Part shown: positions 45,901-57,000 of the stretch, piece after piece
How positions within the stretch are numbered: position 1 is the first letter of the stretch
Layout of the letters: each line of letters opens with the position of its first letter
Virus record (IMG/VR): IMGVR_UViG_3300037189_006220
Location: 56,519-120,518 of that record
Origin: a virus
Length of the DNA stretch: 64,000 nt
Strand: one strand, 5' to 3'
Notes under the pieces: generated by a model
Seen by the model: only the letters and a program-made list of their open reading frames with translations
Told to the model about the DNA's origin: nothing
The model's database searches: none
Made by a program: the position numbers and the translations under genes

Positions 45901-47826
45901 TTTGGCACTAGTAACATAAAAAATATCTGAGCCAGCATCTACATTGACCACACTTCCGGCTACAAGATTATGCTCCACCTTTGTGGTTACGGTAGCTACA
46001 TTTCCAATCATTGTTTTTGAGTCAATGCTATAAACATCTTGTAAATCAGAAATAGAGACAGTATCGCCTTTATTTAAATTGTGAGTAACCTTAGTTGTCA
46101 GCGTGACATCTTTTGTTGACCCCGTGCCCGTAATAGTTTTACTAATCAAGCTGAAGTTATCTTGTAGACCATACACAGAAATGACATCACCAACAGCCAT
46201 TTGGTGCTCGTCTTCTGTTGTAACCGTAGCAGTTTGCTTACCAGCATCCCAGTACTTATTAGTGATGGGGTGCTCTAAGTCAACATTAGTAAGAGTGACT
46301 GTCGAAGTCCCATCTACAACAGTTCCATAAGGTACCGCAGTAGTGATTTCTCCTACGCTTCCATTGAGAGAAGCACTTACCGTTTCGTATGCCGTACCAC
46401 CGATAGTCGCAATTGGTTGTGTAAATGGGATGTATGGAAGTGCCCCCTTATTGTCAATCTTGTATTGGATAGTCTTCTCAGAATCATTTACAGCGGTAAT
46501 TACGTATGTCCCATTAAAGGAAGACGCAAAACCGCCGAGGTAAAACTCGCATGACACATCAATATGTTGACCGATAGTAAACTTAGATAAAGTATTTACT
46601 CGATAAATAGTGGCAATCCCGCGGGAAGCTGAGACACCATTAATATCTGCTGTCTTGATAGCTACAGCCGTGGACGGAATAACTCCTCCACCATAAGGTC
46701 CTGCATAGACAAAAGTGTAATCATCAACAACATCAGTGACCTGATGTTCTCCATTAAAAATAGTAGTAGAAGTCTCATCAACATCAGCAATCTCAACAGA
46801 CTGACCCACCGCCAGCCCGTGGGCCTCAACGGTATTAATAATTACATTTCCGTACTGATTAGCCTCTTTATTTGCTACCTCAAACTGGTACCGTAGACCC
46901 GGTTCAATTTCTGAGTTAGGGAATTTAACGCCGTTAAAGTCTGTAGACATCGCTTCAATGATGTTACGAACATAGTCATATGTATCAGTGCGAATAACAA
47001 TACTAGCCAGCTGATAAATTCCTTGCGGAAGTTGTCGTACAACGGTGCCATCGTAGATGTCTACAAACCCCTCCGTATCTGCTCCCGGCAGGGTGTATGT
47101 GAACTGGTCAGATAGTGCACCAATGACAGCCGTAATTTTATACGTTCCGTTATACGAAGTATCGTCAGTAATATCTACGGTTACCGAGTCACCAACATGG
47201 AATCCGTGAGGAGTGCTAGTGGTAATTGTTACTGTGTTATCTGCCCGTTTAATGGCACTAACCGAGGCACGGCTTTTTGCTTCTTCAAGATAAAACTCAT
47301 TTACTGTAGAAAGCTGACCAGTAGATACTTTGTAGTATCCGTTATAGCTGAAGTTTGAAATTTCATTAAACTCAATTTTTACAGTAGAACCACCCTTAAG
47401 GGGGGTAGGTATTCCTGTAGAAAAAACAACATGAGCAAGGTCACCGATAACCTCAACTGTAGCCGTGTAGCCCTGAGCAAGAGTTTTCCAAATCTTACGG
47501 TGATGCAAATAGCTAGTAAACTCCGAAGCAGAAACCTTAAGTACACGCTCAACAACACTGTACTCGCGCGACCAAATAAGTCCACCCCACACACAGACAC
47601 CGTCACGAAGAACGTACAAAGCTGTATTGCCCGGGACGGTGTTTTTATATGCACTGAGGTACTGAGTGTCAATGATTACAGGAATCTCACCGGAGAATGA
47701 GCCAGCAGCTTTGAGGGCACGACCATATGAAACTCCTCGGAATGGAATTTCAGCAAGAATTTCATTAGAAAGTAAGTCAACGGTATAGTACCTGTATACA
47801 GGTGAGTGATTTAGTGGGTCGCTCAT
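42886..47826 (-). CDS. baseplate hub/Tal-like minor tail protein with large nested insertions
   Basis: N-terminal R....WGG.IW.R; C-terminal FEYPGNI, Y.PGD...I.D; follows Dit. Confidence 0.78.
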   Translation of the reverse strand: MSDPLNHSPVYRYYTVDLLSNEILAEIPFRGVSYGRALKAAGSFSGEIPVIIDTQYLSAYKNTVPGNTALYVLRDGVCVWGGLIWSREYSVVERVLKVSASEFTSYLHHRKIWKTLAQGYTATVEVIGDLAHVVFSTGIPTPLKGGSTVKIEFNEISNFSYNGYYKVSTGQLSTVNEFYLEEAKSRASVSAIKRADNTVTITTSTPHGFHVGDSVTVDITDDTSYNGTYKITAVIGALSDQFTYTLPGADTEGFVDIYDGTVVRQLPQGIYQLASIVIRTDTYDYVRNIIEAMSTDFNGVKFPNSEIEPGLRYQFEVANKEANQYGNVIINTVEAHGLAVGQSVEIADVDETSTTIFNGEHQVTDVVDDYTFVYAGPYGGGVIPSTAVAIKTADINGVSASRGIATIYRVNTLSKFTIGQHIDVSCEFYLGGFASSFNGTYVITAVNDSEKTIQYKIDNKGALPYIPFTQPIATIGGTAYETVSASLNGSVGEITTAVPYGTVVDGTSTVTLTNVDLEHPITNKYWDAGKQTATVTTEDEHQMAVGDVISVYGLQDNFSLISKTITGTGSTKDVTLTTKVTHNLNKGDTVSISDLQDVYSIDSKTMIGNVATVTTKVEHNLVAGSVVNVDAGSDIFYVTSAKLTDGVATLTIGANNCRVNDQITVSNLKDSRKVISHTLVDGVATVTFDFPHNFSVNDEITISGTGDVMYDGTHQITETTNQTIGFKATTSQAIVNANTAYNNAVTSAKNRKVKVVSNDPTVKAKLAALNKLKDALSTANTGTIPSSGVAKSKTSIFNGIYTISSVTATTVSYNKPSVNDELPRNVDIIYADIKKYSASGNSVTITLNATPPYAVGDTIRVRYTGNTRIDSPSGTDDWFTLSGVDYSANTITYESKGSDVAEVTPSSVILNGVYSTTRAKADSIFSGRYRVSAIPAVGGTPYRKSFSYTKTSNVLIRYSSATLCELTLEDFHNYAVGDYIVVAGVGSRYNTSSVKIESVENTVVSISGTDTNVVKITYLLSGTAEASTTTTGTVTAVRNDVLTRGAVAQVSATAKICTIITTGIVLSAGDTILVATGNSRFDGTFVVASATANSNGTRTYTYAYTGAVTSLTTITGGVVTRLVAGLPFGTSILNTSATTTDVEPTVKTDSIHNNTDANPTWTITKVSADTFTFSQTVPSAVSQVTVDGHVKKPSVFNTSNAIITGVSTNSFQYPLVISGLSTNLNEDTAGQSGFAVERSTFSGTYTITSHDVSANSVRFSKYATRSITLATATTSTCTVVLPINTDNYTVGTGITIGGTFSISGDNTDRFLGTFTIASVTYTSTTVTITYNSPGIAVTSGTSSLTLTRQRTIDVVGTPGYGHAKTTPRAIVSSFGPFPSNSDIGIKFSTAEYSGVNVIPTTVRGSELKTVGEVLDSYSDGITGFTYRIDCSYDADTNKFIKTFVLIANDVPGTPPTGEVSPLSRFGADKTVFEYPGNIITMSMNETAETSATRFFTTGEISGGANIGPNISVYSANDLLKGSGGDGRRWPILDADQKVSKINDKTTLYAYAKKYMVEASPPDIKMSMTVNGSLNPFVGTYAPGDWCSIIVQDYFVSERLSAGYETRPDVIVRKIDSYSVTVPDGTTFPESVQLTLLPEWAIDKVGE

Positions 47827-47870
47827 AATTCCGTCTAACTGTCTAGGATGTCTTTACATCCATTCTAGCA

Positions 47871-50800
47871 CTATCCAATCCAGCCAGAGCGATAATTAAC
47901 ACTTAGAGTAGAAGTTGTTGTGGTCTTTGTGGCTGCTCCATATGGAGTGCCAATTGATATTCCACCACTAGAAGTAATGGTTCCACCAATCAAGGATGCT
48001 ACCGAACCTACATTAGTTGGAGTTCCTGAATTGGTATAGGTGATGAGAGTTCCAGAGTAGGTAGTTCCAGACACAATAATTGACGTATTAGATGTCACCG
48101 CAACAATAGTTGCTCCCGAGGCATTGAACCTTGAGCTACCAGTATTAGCTACCGTAACACTTTGACCAACCAAGAAGTCAGAGTTTGTAGCAACAAGAAC
48201 AGAGCATGTAGTTGATGTAGCAGTTCCGCCATAGGTAGCTGCAATAGGTCCTACAGAAGCAGTAGTTACAGCTGGAGTCACCGTAGCATTAGTTGCACTC
48301 GCTGTCCGAGTCTGCGTAGATGCGGGGGTACTATTTACATAGGTTAGATAGGTTGTCCCACTAGAAGTACTGACCCCTGTCAAAACTTTTACGGAACCAT
48401 TATATTGAGCACCCACAAGATTAGCTACAGTAATAGCGTCTCCAACATTGTAGTTTGTTGTTGCAGCCACTTCTAGCGTACAAATAGACGATGTAGATGT
48501 TTGGTACAAAACACTATTAGACTTTGCAACAGTATAAGTTAGAGTATTGTAGCTATTTACAGGGACGGTAACATTATATGTTCCTGTGAATAGAGTGCTA
48601 TTAGTCTTATTAACAACAACTCCAGACGCATATGTACTGCCTAAGTCAGCAGAGGCAAGAGTTCCCGTACTAGAATATGTAAATGTTCTTGTTGTTGGAG
48701 TAGAAATAATTGGCACATTTACAGCATTAAACGCGGTGTTACTAGTGTTTGTGGCTATCCCTGACGCTGTAGCACTTGCAAATGTAGTACTCGGAATGGT
48801 GTAAGTAAGTGCATACATGCCAGTACCACTAGTAAGAGTTTTTGTGCCATTAAAAATATTCTTATTTGTGAGGTTTACAAGACTACCACTGCCAGTGGGA
48901 ATAGACGCGGATGCTACCGTACCAGATGAAGTAGTTGTATATGTAAATACATTACTCGATAGAACGGTAATCACATTTCCACTTGGAGCATTAGAGTCAG
49001 TAAGAGCGGTATTTGTCAGGTTGGAAATAGTTCCAGAGGGAACAGCGGTATCTGCCACAGTAGCAATTCCAGATGGAGATGTAAATGAGAATCTATCTGA
49101 CGCAGTTGCGGTAATTGAGTATGTACCAGATAGCGCAGTATTCGTCACATTAGTGACTGTAGTATTAGCAATACTCTGTGTTGAGTATGAAAGTGGCGAG
49201 CTTGCTCCTGTACTAGGAAGTGATAGGTCAGCAGTATCATTACCGGAAGTGTCTGTAGCAAGGTTTCTAGACTTTACATAAAACAGGTACGATAACCCTG
49301 AATCAAGATTATCCATCACATATGATGTTCCAACTAATGTGCTTATGACCAGAGTTTTTGTGGCTCCACCATCAGTTGACATATACAACTTATAACCAGT
49401 CACCGTAGAAGTAGAAGCTGTCCAACTAATACTAAGTCTTCCAATAGTTGCGCTACTAGCAACCACTACAACATTTGTTGGCGGAATTGGTAGCCCAGTT
49501 GTATTTGCACTAGCAATATTTGACGGCGCACCCGGAACACCTACAACATCAGAAACAGCGTTTCTAGCACGAACAACAAATGAATATGTTGTATTAGCAG
49601 AAAGCCCTGTAACCGTATATGTTGTTCCTGTACCAGTAGTAGAAGCTACCGGAGCACCAGACGTAGTGTAGATAGAGTATCCAGTAATAGTTCCGTTTGT
49701 TACTACAGGAGCGGTCCAGCTTAAATCAATAGCACCAAATGTAGTCACATTAGTATCCGCAGTTAGACCAGTAGGTGCCTCTGGAGGACCAGCTGTAGTT
49801 GCAGTAACTGCGGTACTTTGAGGAGAATACTGCACTGGAGATTGGCTATCTCCAAATGCATTTCGAGCAACCACAACAATGTTGTACGCCACTGGATATG
49901 CAAGACTAGAAAGCGTTACTACAGTACCTGACGCAGTACCAAGTTGAGTAAGCGCACCAGTTACTGTATTTTTACTATAGATAATATATCCAGTAATACC
50001 ACCGGCTGTGACAGATGGCGCACTCCATGAGGCAATAAGAGAACCAAACTGAGTGGTACTTACTGAAACAGACAAAGAACCGGGAGCACTCGGAATACCC
50101 GGTGCCATAACGGAGGTAGTGGAAGAAGATGCACTACTTGTAAGACCGTATGAGTTTGTAGCTTTTACATAGAACTGGTATGAAGTTCCAGCAGTAAGAG
50201 AGTTGACAGCATAGTTAGTACCAGTTGTAGTTCCTACAACCGAGTTATCACTAGCTTTATATATCGTATATGAAGTCAGAATACCATTAAGTGACGCTGG
50301 AGCAGTCCATGAAAGGTTGATTACACCTTGCGTATTAGTACTAGCAGATGCTGTAACAGATTGCGGGCTAGTGGGAGCAAGACCACCAGCAATAGCATTT
50401 GTGGGCCAAGAAGAAGGTTGCGGGCTAGTACCGTAGTCATTGCTAGCAGTAACAAAAAAGTTATACTGCACACCCGGAGTAAGCCCAGTAATAGCAACTC
50501 CGGTAATGGATGAAGAGTATGTATCATACGGTAAAGCTCCCCCATCACCGCTAGTATCTTCCATATATAGGGTGTAGCTAGTTACACCGTTAGGATATGT
50601 TGGAGGATTCCATGAGACATCAATCTCCCCCGCCGCGGTCATATTTGGAGTAGCACTGACGGATGTAGGAAGAGATGGGTATGGGTATGAGTAAACAGCG
50701 GAACTTGTTGCAGAACCAGCAGAGCTAGTAGCTGTTACTGTAAACCAATACCCTTGAGTGGGTGTCGCAGAAAAAGATGCTGACCTAGTGCTAAAGTCCA

Positions 50801-51380
50801 TTGCCTGAGCAGAACCAAATCCAGAGGTAGAGCTGGTGGTACTCACTTGATAGGTGTATGAAGTAATAGCAGGACCGCTATTGTAAACACCGGGGTCATT
50901 TGAAGAGACACTGATTGACGAGCCACTAAGACTTCGAGTAGTGCTGGCAGTCGGGGTACCAGGACCTCGAGAAATTGGAGTAAGTAACAAACTCTTCGTC
51001 GTCGTAGTCGCTGACCCAAGATTATCATTTGTCACAGCCGAGGCTACATACGAAATTGCTGCGTGAGTACCATCAGTATTGTGGACAATATCCATGTCTG
51101 TTGAAGAAGTACTTGAAGCAATAGTTACAACACTGCCCGTCTGAGCACGGAAGTCATATGCGAATGTTCCAGTACGGGTAGTACCGCCAATGGTCAATGA
51201 CCACGTACAGTTATTGTCTAGGTGGTATGCAGATACAGCTGTAGTCGGGTCAAGTTGAAGAGACCACGAGATTGTAGATGTATTCGTAGACGCAGTATAG
51301 TTTTCAGCTACGTTAAGAATTAGGGTTACGGCGCGACCAGAAAAGGCACCGGATGTAGAGCCAGTATATCCAGCAGTCAT
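47871..51380 (-). CDS. FN3-repeat minor tail protein carrying a Dit-like C-terminus
   Basis: H..DG N-domain, about five LSW.AP..Y..Y.F.V.A.N repeats, ends LSVNYRSGWIG. Confidence 0.8.
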   Translation of the reverse strand: MTAGYTGSTSGAFSGRAVTLILNVAENYTASTNTSTISWSLQLDPTTAVSAYHLDNNCTWSLTIGGTTRTGTFAYDFRAQTGSVVTIASSTSSTDMDIVHNTDGTHAAISYVASAVTNDNLGSATTTTKSLLLTPISRGPGTPTASTTRSLSGSSISVSSNDPGVYNSGPAITSYTYQVSTTSSTSGFGSAQAMDFSTRSASFSATPTQGYWFTVTATSSAGSATSSAVYSYPYPSLPTSVSATPNMTAAGEIDVSWNPPTYPNGVTSYTLYMEDTSGDGGALPYDTYSSSITGVAITGLTPGVQYNFFVTASNDYGTSPQPSSWPTNAIAGGLAPTSPQSVTASASTNTQGVINLSWTAPASLNGILTSYTIYKASDNSVVGTTTGTNYAVNSLTAGTSYQFYVKATNSYGLTSSASSSTTSVMAPGIPSAPGSLSVSVSTTQFGSLIASWSAPSVTAGGITGYIIYSKNTVTGALTQLGTASGTVVTLSSLAYPVAYNIVVVARNAFGDSQSPVQYSPQSTAVTATTAGPPEAPTGLTADTNVTTFGAIDLSWTAPVVTNGTITGYSIYTTSGAPVASTTGTGTTYTVTGLSANTTYSFVVRARNAVSDVVGVPGAPSNIASANTTGLPIPPTNVVVVASSATIGRLSISWTASTSTVTGYKLYMSTDGGATKTLVISTLVGTSYVMDNLDSGLSYLFYVKSRNLATDTSGNDTADLSLPSTGASSPLSYSTQSIANTTVTNVTNTALSGTYSITATASDRFSFTSPSGIATVADTAVPSGTISNLTNTALTDSNAPSGNVITVLSSNVFTYTTTSSGTVASASIPTGSGSLVNLTNKNIFNGTKTLTSGTGMYALTYTIPSTTFASATASGIATNTSNTAFNAVNVPIISTPTTRTFTYSSTGTLASADLGSTYASGVVVNKTNSTLFTGTYNVTVPVNSYNTLTYTVAKSNSVLYQTSTSSICTLEVAATTNYNVGDAITVANLVGAQYNGSVKVLTGVSTSSGTTYLTYVNSTPASTQTRTASATNATVTPAVTTASVGPIAATYGGTATSTTCSVLVATNSDFLVGQSVTVANTGSSRFNASGATIVAVTSNTSIIVSGTTYSGTLITYTNSGTPTNVGSVASLIGGTITSSGGISIGTPYGAATKTTTTSTLSVNYRSGWIG

Positions 51381-54034
51381 TATGCGCCCTTAGTGTATGT
51401 AAGTTGAGTGGCACTTGGGATAAAGGTCACGGTAACTGTTCCATTCAGAGATGTATTTGTCAGATTTGTAACTGTCTTACCAGACCCAAAAGTAGTTCCA
51501 GTTGTAGCAGTGTTACTTCCATAATATAAGTACGTGAATGACGTAGTTGTTGGGATGGATTGAATTACTACAGTTCCAGTATACTTGGCATCCGAGCTTC
51601 CTAGACCAGTAAGACTAATACTATCCCCAACAGTAAAGCTATGGGCTGATGTAGTATTAAGCGTTACCGTATACGCAGGTGAACCCCCAGAACCAGTAAA
51701 GACACCCGTGGTTGTCGAAACAACTGTTGCCGAAGCAGGAAGTGCAACGGTTATCTTATCTCCAACAGAAAAGTTGTGGTCAGAGGTTGTGGTTAGTGTA
51801 GCCGACGCTCCATAGATATATTTATTATTTACTGTAGTAGTTGTAGGTAGAGCTAACGTAACCGAGTCGTTTGTCGAAAAATAGTGCGGAGATGACGTAG
51901 TGATAGTTGACGTAGCACTTGTAATCTCTTTTCTAGCAGGAACAGCACTTGTAGCTAGGTCAACGGTAACAGCATCTCCAGTGGAGAATTTGTGGTCAAC
52001 TCCTGTAGTAATTGTTACAGTACTACCGCTGCGTGCCTTAGTTGAAGCAATAGCTGTCTCAGCAAGATTGATAGTAGCAACATCGCCAGACTGGAATGAG
52101 CCACTTACATCGACAGCAATTGTTGCAGTTGTACCGCTAGCAGACTTAGATACGATGGATGCTGTCTCATTAGTTGTAACAGAGACGATGTCACCAGCAG
52201 AAAATCCATGTTCATTTGTAGTAGTAAGAGTAGCTACATGGTTTGTTATAGATTTATTAAGCAGTGTCTGGCTATTGGGAACAGAAATAGCAATAGAGTC
52301 TCCAGTCTTATAAAAGTGTGGAGTGGCTGTTTCAATAGTTGCAACTTTTGTCGTGTAGTTATAGTTCTTTTTGACAACATCCATCGTATCGATAATGTCA
52401 ACAAATTTAATAACATTATCACCCGGGGCAAGATGAATCCAATCGATAACTGCATCTACACGATATCTACTATCAAAAGAATCTCCATTAAAAGAGATAT
52501 TTTTGTTATATGTATCAATTGATAGGGTGTCACTGCTGAATAGCGCGAGAGTACCGTTGTTTACAGTAGTAGCAGTAGTAGAAGTAAAATCAATAAGACC
52601 AGTAGTGTGAAAGCTAAACGAGTATGGCTCAATATTGCTTACCTTAGTGACTACATGTGATTGACCAGCAACGGTGTCTAGACCGCTACCCACACCACTT
52701 AGCGTAATATTGTCTCCAACAACCAACTGGTGTGGAGTAGAGGTTGTGAGAGTAGCAGTCTGTGTAACTACTCCAGTCTTATCTGTTGAAGACGATATTG
52801 TTTTTGATACTATATAGGCAAGAGGTGTAGTACCGCGGAGTGGTTGGGCTAGAGTTATTTTTTGGTCAGTTGTTTGATTGTAGATATAACTATTTGTTCC
52901 AGCTGGACCAGTAATGTCGAAGCGTACACGAACATCGGCATCGCCTTTATTGTTTACAGTAATAGTCCCTGTTGAAGCCGAAATAGAAAAAATAGTATGA
53001 CCATCTACATCTGAGTCATTCCACTCATACTTAATGGGGTCAGCAGCTCGTAGACCAATTGAAAACTCTGTACGACCACGAGTACCAGTTGTTTGGAACT
53101 GAGGGCGACCACTGAGACGAACATATGAGGCTTTAGTAGGCTCTTCACTTGTTCTTAGCCATGCACCCTTGCGAACAAGGTTTGTTACTGCAACAATTTT
53201 GTCTCGGGCAACAGCAAGTGACTCTGGGTTAGGTGGAAAAATTACACCGTGAAGGGTCAGTTGACGAGCACCATATCGACCAGTAACTTCATACGAACCA
53301 TCCTCAACGCCACGAGGAATATCTGGAACCTCAGAGTCTGGGTGACCCCACCAACCTTCGATGTCTGTACAAACCCAAACAACATTATTTTCATCAACTG
53401 TATTTAGAATTAAGTCACCTAGAGCAACATCAGCATTAAGTTGCATACCCGTAATGGGTGGAGGTTGAACAGGTGTAAGAGCCTTATTGACAACAGCATT
53501 TTCTTCAGCTTGAGTGAGGTTGTCAACATATTGACCAACATATGAAGACTGCTCAAAGAGAATAGCATCAAGGTAGAAATACTGCCCAGAAGCACTATCT
53601 GCTTGATATTGAGTTACTGAAATTCGAGCAGAAACTGCACTTGTAGGTGCCACACCAACAACAGCAATAGTATCCCACGGGTCACCAGAAAGTGTCGGAT
53701 TTGTGGGAGATACTGAGGATGAAATAAGAGTGTCATAGGTATCAAGCCACTCAATTGCTACATATAGGTTGATAGTAACTGACGAATCCACAATAAGTGG
53801 CAACAAAATATGAGCAGAGGCAGTATATTTGAGACCAGCAGTTACGGGAATAAGGTAGCTATCTGAGGTACGGACACCACAGTTAGGTGTACCGTTTTTA
53901 GTTACCTTTAGGCTTCCAACACCATACCATGCATAGTCTTTGCTAAAGCTGATTGACGACGTTCCGCCAGTAGCAACCCAACCCTCAGTACCCGCTCGGA
54001 AGGAGGGGTTATGGACAAGATTTTTACGTATCAT
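51380..54034 (-). CDS. distal tail protein (Dit) with CBM-like N-terminus
   Basis: NL..NPSF N-domain; GWW, R.L.L.G, L.A.DP.KY, N.G, L.PG.N.I.F; directly after tape measure. Confidence 0.8.
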   Translation of the reverse strand: MIRKNLVHNPSFRAGTEGWVATGGTSSISFSKDYAWYGVGSLKVTKNGTPNCGVRTSDSYLIPVTAGLKYTASAHILLPLIVDSSVTINLYVAIEWLDTYDTLISSSVSPTNPTLSGDPWDTIAVVGVAPTSAVSARISVTQYQADSASGQYFYLDAILFEQSSYVGQYVDNLTQAEENAVVNKALTPVQPPPITGMQLNADVALGDLILNTVDENNVVWVCTDIEGWWGHPDSEVPDIPRGVEDGSYEVTGRYGARQLTLHGVIFPPNPESLAVARDKIVAVTNLVRKGAWLRTSEEPTKASYVRLSGRPQFQTTGTRGRTEFSIGLRAADPIKYEWNDSDVDGHTIFSISASTGTITVNNKGDADVRVRFDITGPAGTNSYIYNQTTDQKITLAQPLRGTTPLAYIVSKTISSSTDKTGVVTQTATLTTSTPHQLVVGDNITLSGVGSGLDTVAGQSHVVTKVSNIEPYSFSFHTTGLIDFTSTTATTVNNGTLALFSSDTLSIDTYNKNISFNGDSFDSRYRVDAVIDWIHLAPGDNVIKFVDIIDTMDVVKKNYNYTTKVATIETATPHFYKTGDSIAISVPNSQTLLNKSITNHVATLTTTNEHGFSAGDIVSVTTNETASIVSKSASGTTATIAVDVSGSFQSGDVATINLAETAIASTKARSGSTVTITTGVDHKFSTGDAVTVDLATSAVPARKEITSATSTITTSSPHYFSTNDSVTLALPTTTTVNNKYIYGASATLTTTSDHNFSVGDKITVALPASATVVSTTTGVFTGSGGSPAYTVTLNTTSAHSFTVGDSISLTGLGSSDAKYTGTVVIQSIPTTTSFTYLYYGSNTATTGTTFGSGKTVTNLTNTSLNGTVTVTFIPSATQLTYTKGA

Positions 54035-57000
54035 TAGACGGAACCTTTACGCATCTGGAATGCAAGTTCGCGGGAGACGGCAGAGGCAAGTTCTGTCTCG
54101 CTCATTCCCGGGGATGGGTGTACGGAGATATTAATAGTTGGAGCTTGTGCTGGAGTATTACTAGTAAATGTAGCAGACCCATTGTTGAGCTGATTAAGAA
54201 GTGGCAGATAACGCTGGGTAGCTGCTGAGTTCATAACATACTCACCGGCAGAAAGCATCGCTGGGACACGGTCATCACGAGGTCCACCAGCACCGGAGAT
54301 AAATCCTCCATTAGCTAGAGCCTTGATAAATCCACCGTTCTTAAATCCGCTGAACTCGAAGGGAACGTCAAACACACCAATCTTAATATGTCCCTTCTTT
54401 TCGGCAGACTGCACACCAACCTTAACTGTAGTGTTCGCACTCTTGATGGCATCTTGAACTGTCTTAGGGAGCTTGTCAAACTCTTTTGTTCCCGGCTTAA
54501 TATCGATTACAGGAGGGGTATACCCAGCAATCTTATTTCCAGTTGTATTTAGGAACTGGTCAATTGTAATTTGACCCTTATCAAGTGCAGCTTGCGCGGC
54601 TGCCTCAAGTGGGGTAGTCACACCATCTGCAGCGATTGAGGCAAGAGCCGGTCCGTAGTTTGCAGACATTTGAGTAGCACTCTTCTGCGCTTCCTCAAGA
54701 AGAGAAGAGTTTCCAGCTTTAACCTGCTTGATAATCTCGGCTGATGTGAGTCCACCCTGCTCAAGAACTTTAATGGTTTCCGTACTAACACCCATTGCAG
54801 CTAGTGTTGCATCGTTAGCCATCTCTTCCATAAATGCCTTGTTTTTAGCTTTAAGGCTGGCTTGGAAATCTGCAACTGTAGTAGTGTGACCATCCACTAC
54901 TTCTCCGACTTTACTGAGTTGTGCGGTAGCAGCTCCAGACCCTTGAGCTAAGGCAACAAGCGAGTCAACTTGACGCATAACAGCTACAGCACCATCTCCA
55001 CGAGCAAAGGCTAGTTCTTTTTCCTTATTAATGGAGCCATCTTGATTAGTAATAACTACACCAAGCGCCGTAGCTTGCTCTTCCAAGGCGGTTTTATACT
55101 TAGGCATATTATCAAGAGCATCAATCTGCTGTGCAGTACTAAGTTCCTGACTTATCATCAACTTCTTGAAGCCATTTTCAGCAGTTGGGAGGTCAGTAGC
55201 TGCTACGTTAGCAAGCGAGTCCCCATAGGCACCCCAAGCCTTATGTAGTTCTGATAGAGCAGTATGGTAGTGAGCTAGACCGGCACGACCAGCAGCGTAA
55301 ACATTACCTGTTTTCTTGCCCGCATTGGTAGTTTCTTGTGCCCACTCCCCAGTTCTAGTCTTAACTTCACCAAGAGCTTTATGGACTCCCTCGACATCTT
55401 TCAGAGAGTCCTTAATAGGACTATCAGGAATTGATAGTAGAGCATCTCCCCAAGCTTTAGTAGCACTAGTACCGTTTTTAAGGTCTTCAGTTGTAGCTGT
55501 TACAGCCTTATCAAGGTTTTGCTGGTTAATTGAGATAACTGCAAAAATTCCACCAATAATAGCAGCAAGTGGCAGAATGATTGGTAGGAGTGGAGCAAGT
55601 GCTCCCCAGATAGCAGCTCCCATCCCAATAGCACCGACCTCTGCCGCAGCCTCGGAGACAGTAAGGGCATCATTTGCAACGGCAAGTCCACCTACAGCAA
55701 CAGCATTCTCTCCCTGAGCTACAGCAAGAGCCTCTGTAGCAGCTACGAGTTCTGCTTTTGTGCCTGTCATAAATGCTTCTGCAGCGTACTGCTCGGCATC
55801 TGCAAGGGCTACCTCAGTAGATGCAACTGCTTCTTGTGCCTTAGCAACATTCAGTCGCAGGGTAGCCATTGCAAGAGCTTGTTTAGATGCTGCTAGAGAT
55901 GCAGTAGCTGCGGTCTCTTTTGCTGATGCAGCAGTATTTTTAATTGCCCAAGCCTCAAGAGCAACTAGTGGCTTGAGTACCTGTCCAATAATTCCCTTGA
56001 AGATAAGGACAGCAGACGAGGCAAGTTTAAATACAAGACCGAAAGCAGATATTGTAGCAAAAACAGGACCTAATACATTAAGCAAAGGACCTATTGCTTT
56101 AACTACAGACTCAACTCCAGCTGCTACAAATCCAAGAGCATTAAAGAACGCAATAATAGAGCCGGAGTCTGCAAATACAGCAAGCATCTCCATAAGACGG
56201 TTAACAAGAATAGCCAATACTGGAGCAGTCTTTACAGACTCCATTACGACATTTCGGAAGGTAGCAGCTCCTGACTCAAGAATTTGCCAGAACTGACCAA
56301 TAGCAGGACTTGCTCCCGCAGCCATAATTGCGTGAATGACAATATTAAGAGTATCTAAAATTTCGGTAAGATTCTTAGAAGCTGCTTGGAAGTAGTTAGC
56401 CATAAATCCTACTGGAATATTCTTAAACCCAGCAGTAGCTTTTTCAATCCACTGAAGCATAATATCTCCGCCCGAACCCGGACCGATATTTGCTTGAATC
56501 ATATGACCTAGACCACCAAAGATGTTTCCAAAGGCATGACCAAGACGAGCCATTAAGTCGCCAGCAGTAGTGAAGAATTTTTGTAATTCTCCTGAAGCAG
56601 ACTTAGTATCTAGAAAACTCTTAAATGCGTTTGACTGCTTCTCTAGGAAGGTAGCAAATCGTTGAGCAAGAGGGGCAACTGCTTGAAGAAGGGTAAGTGA
56701 GTTGCCCAGCATGACAGCAGCTGTACGACCAAAAGTAGATAGTAGCCCAGCTGAGCTAGTAAAGATTGACCCAAGCTTGCCTAGGTTTTCAGAGCTAGTG
56801 AGTGCTTGAGCAATTGCTTTAGCAGCTCCACCCATTGCCCCACCCACCTCGGTGAGACCAGTCTTCAGTACCGGGAATGCTTTTGTTGCCAAAAGGTCAA
56901 TAGCATCAGTAAGGGGTGTTAGGAACGCATGTGCCACAGACTCTTGAAGGTCTTTAAAGAGTGGCTTCATTGCATAGAGATGCTTAACAAACTCAATCTG

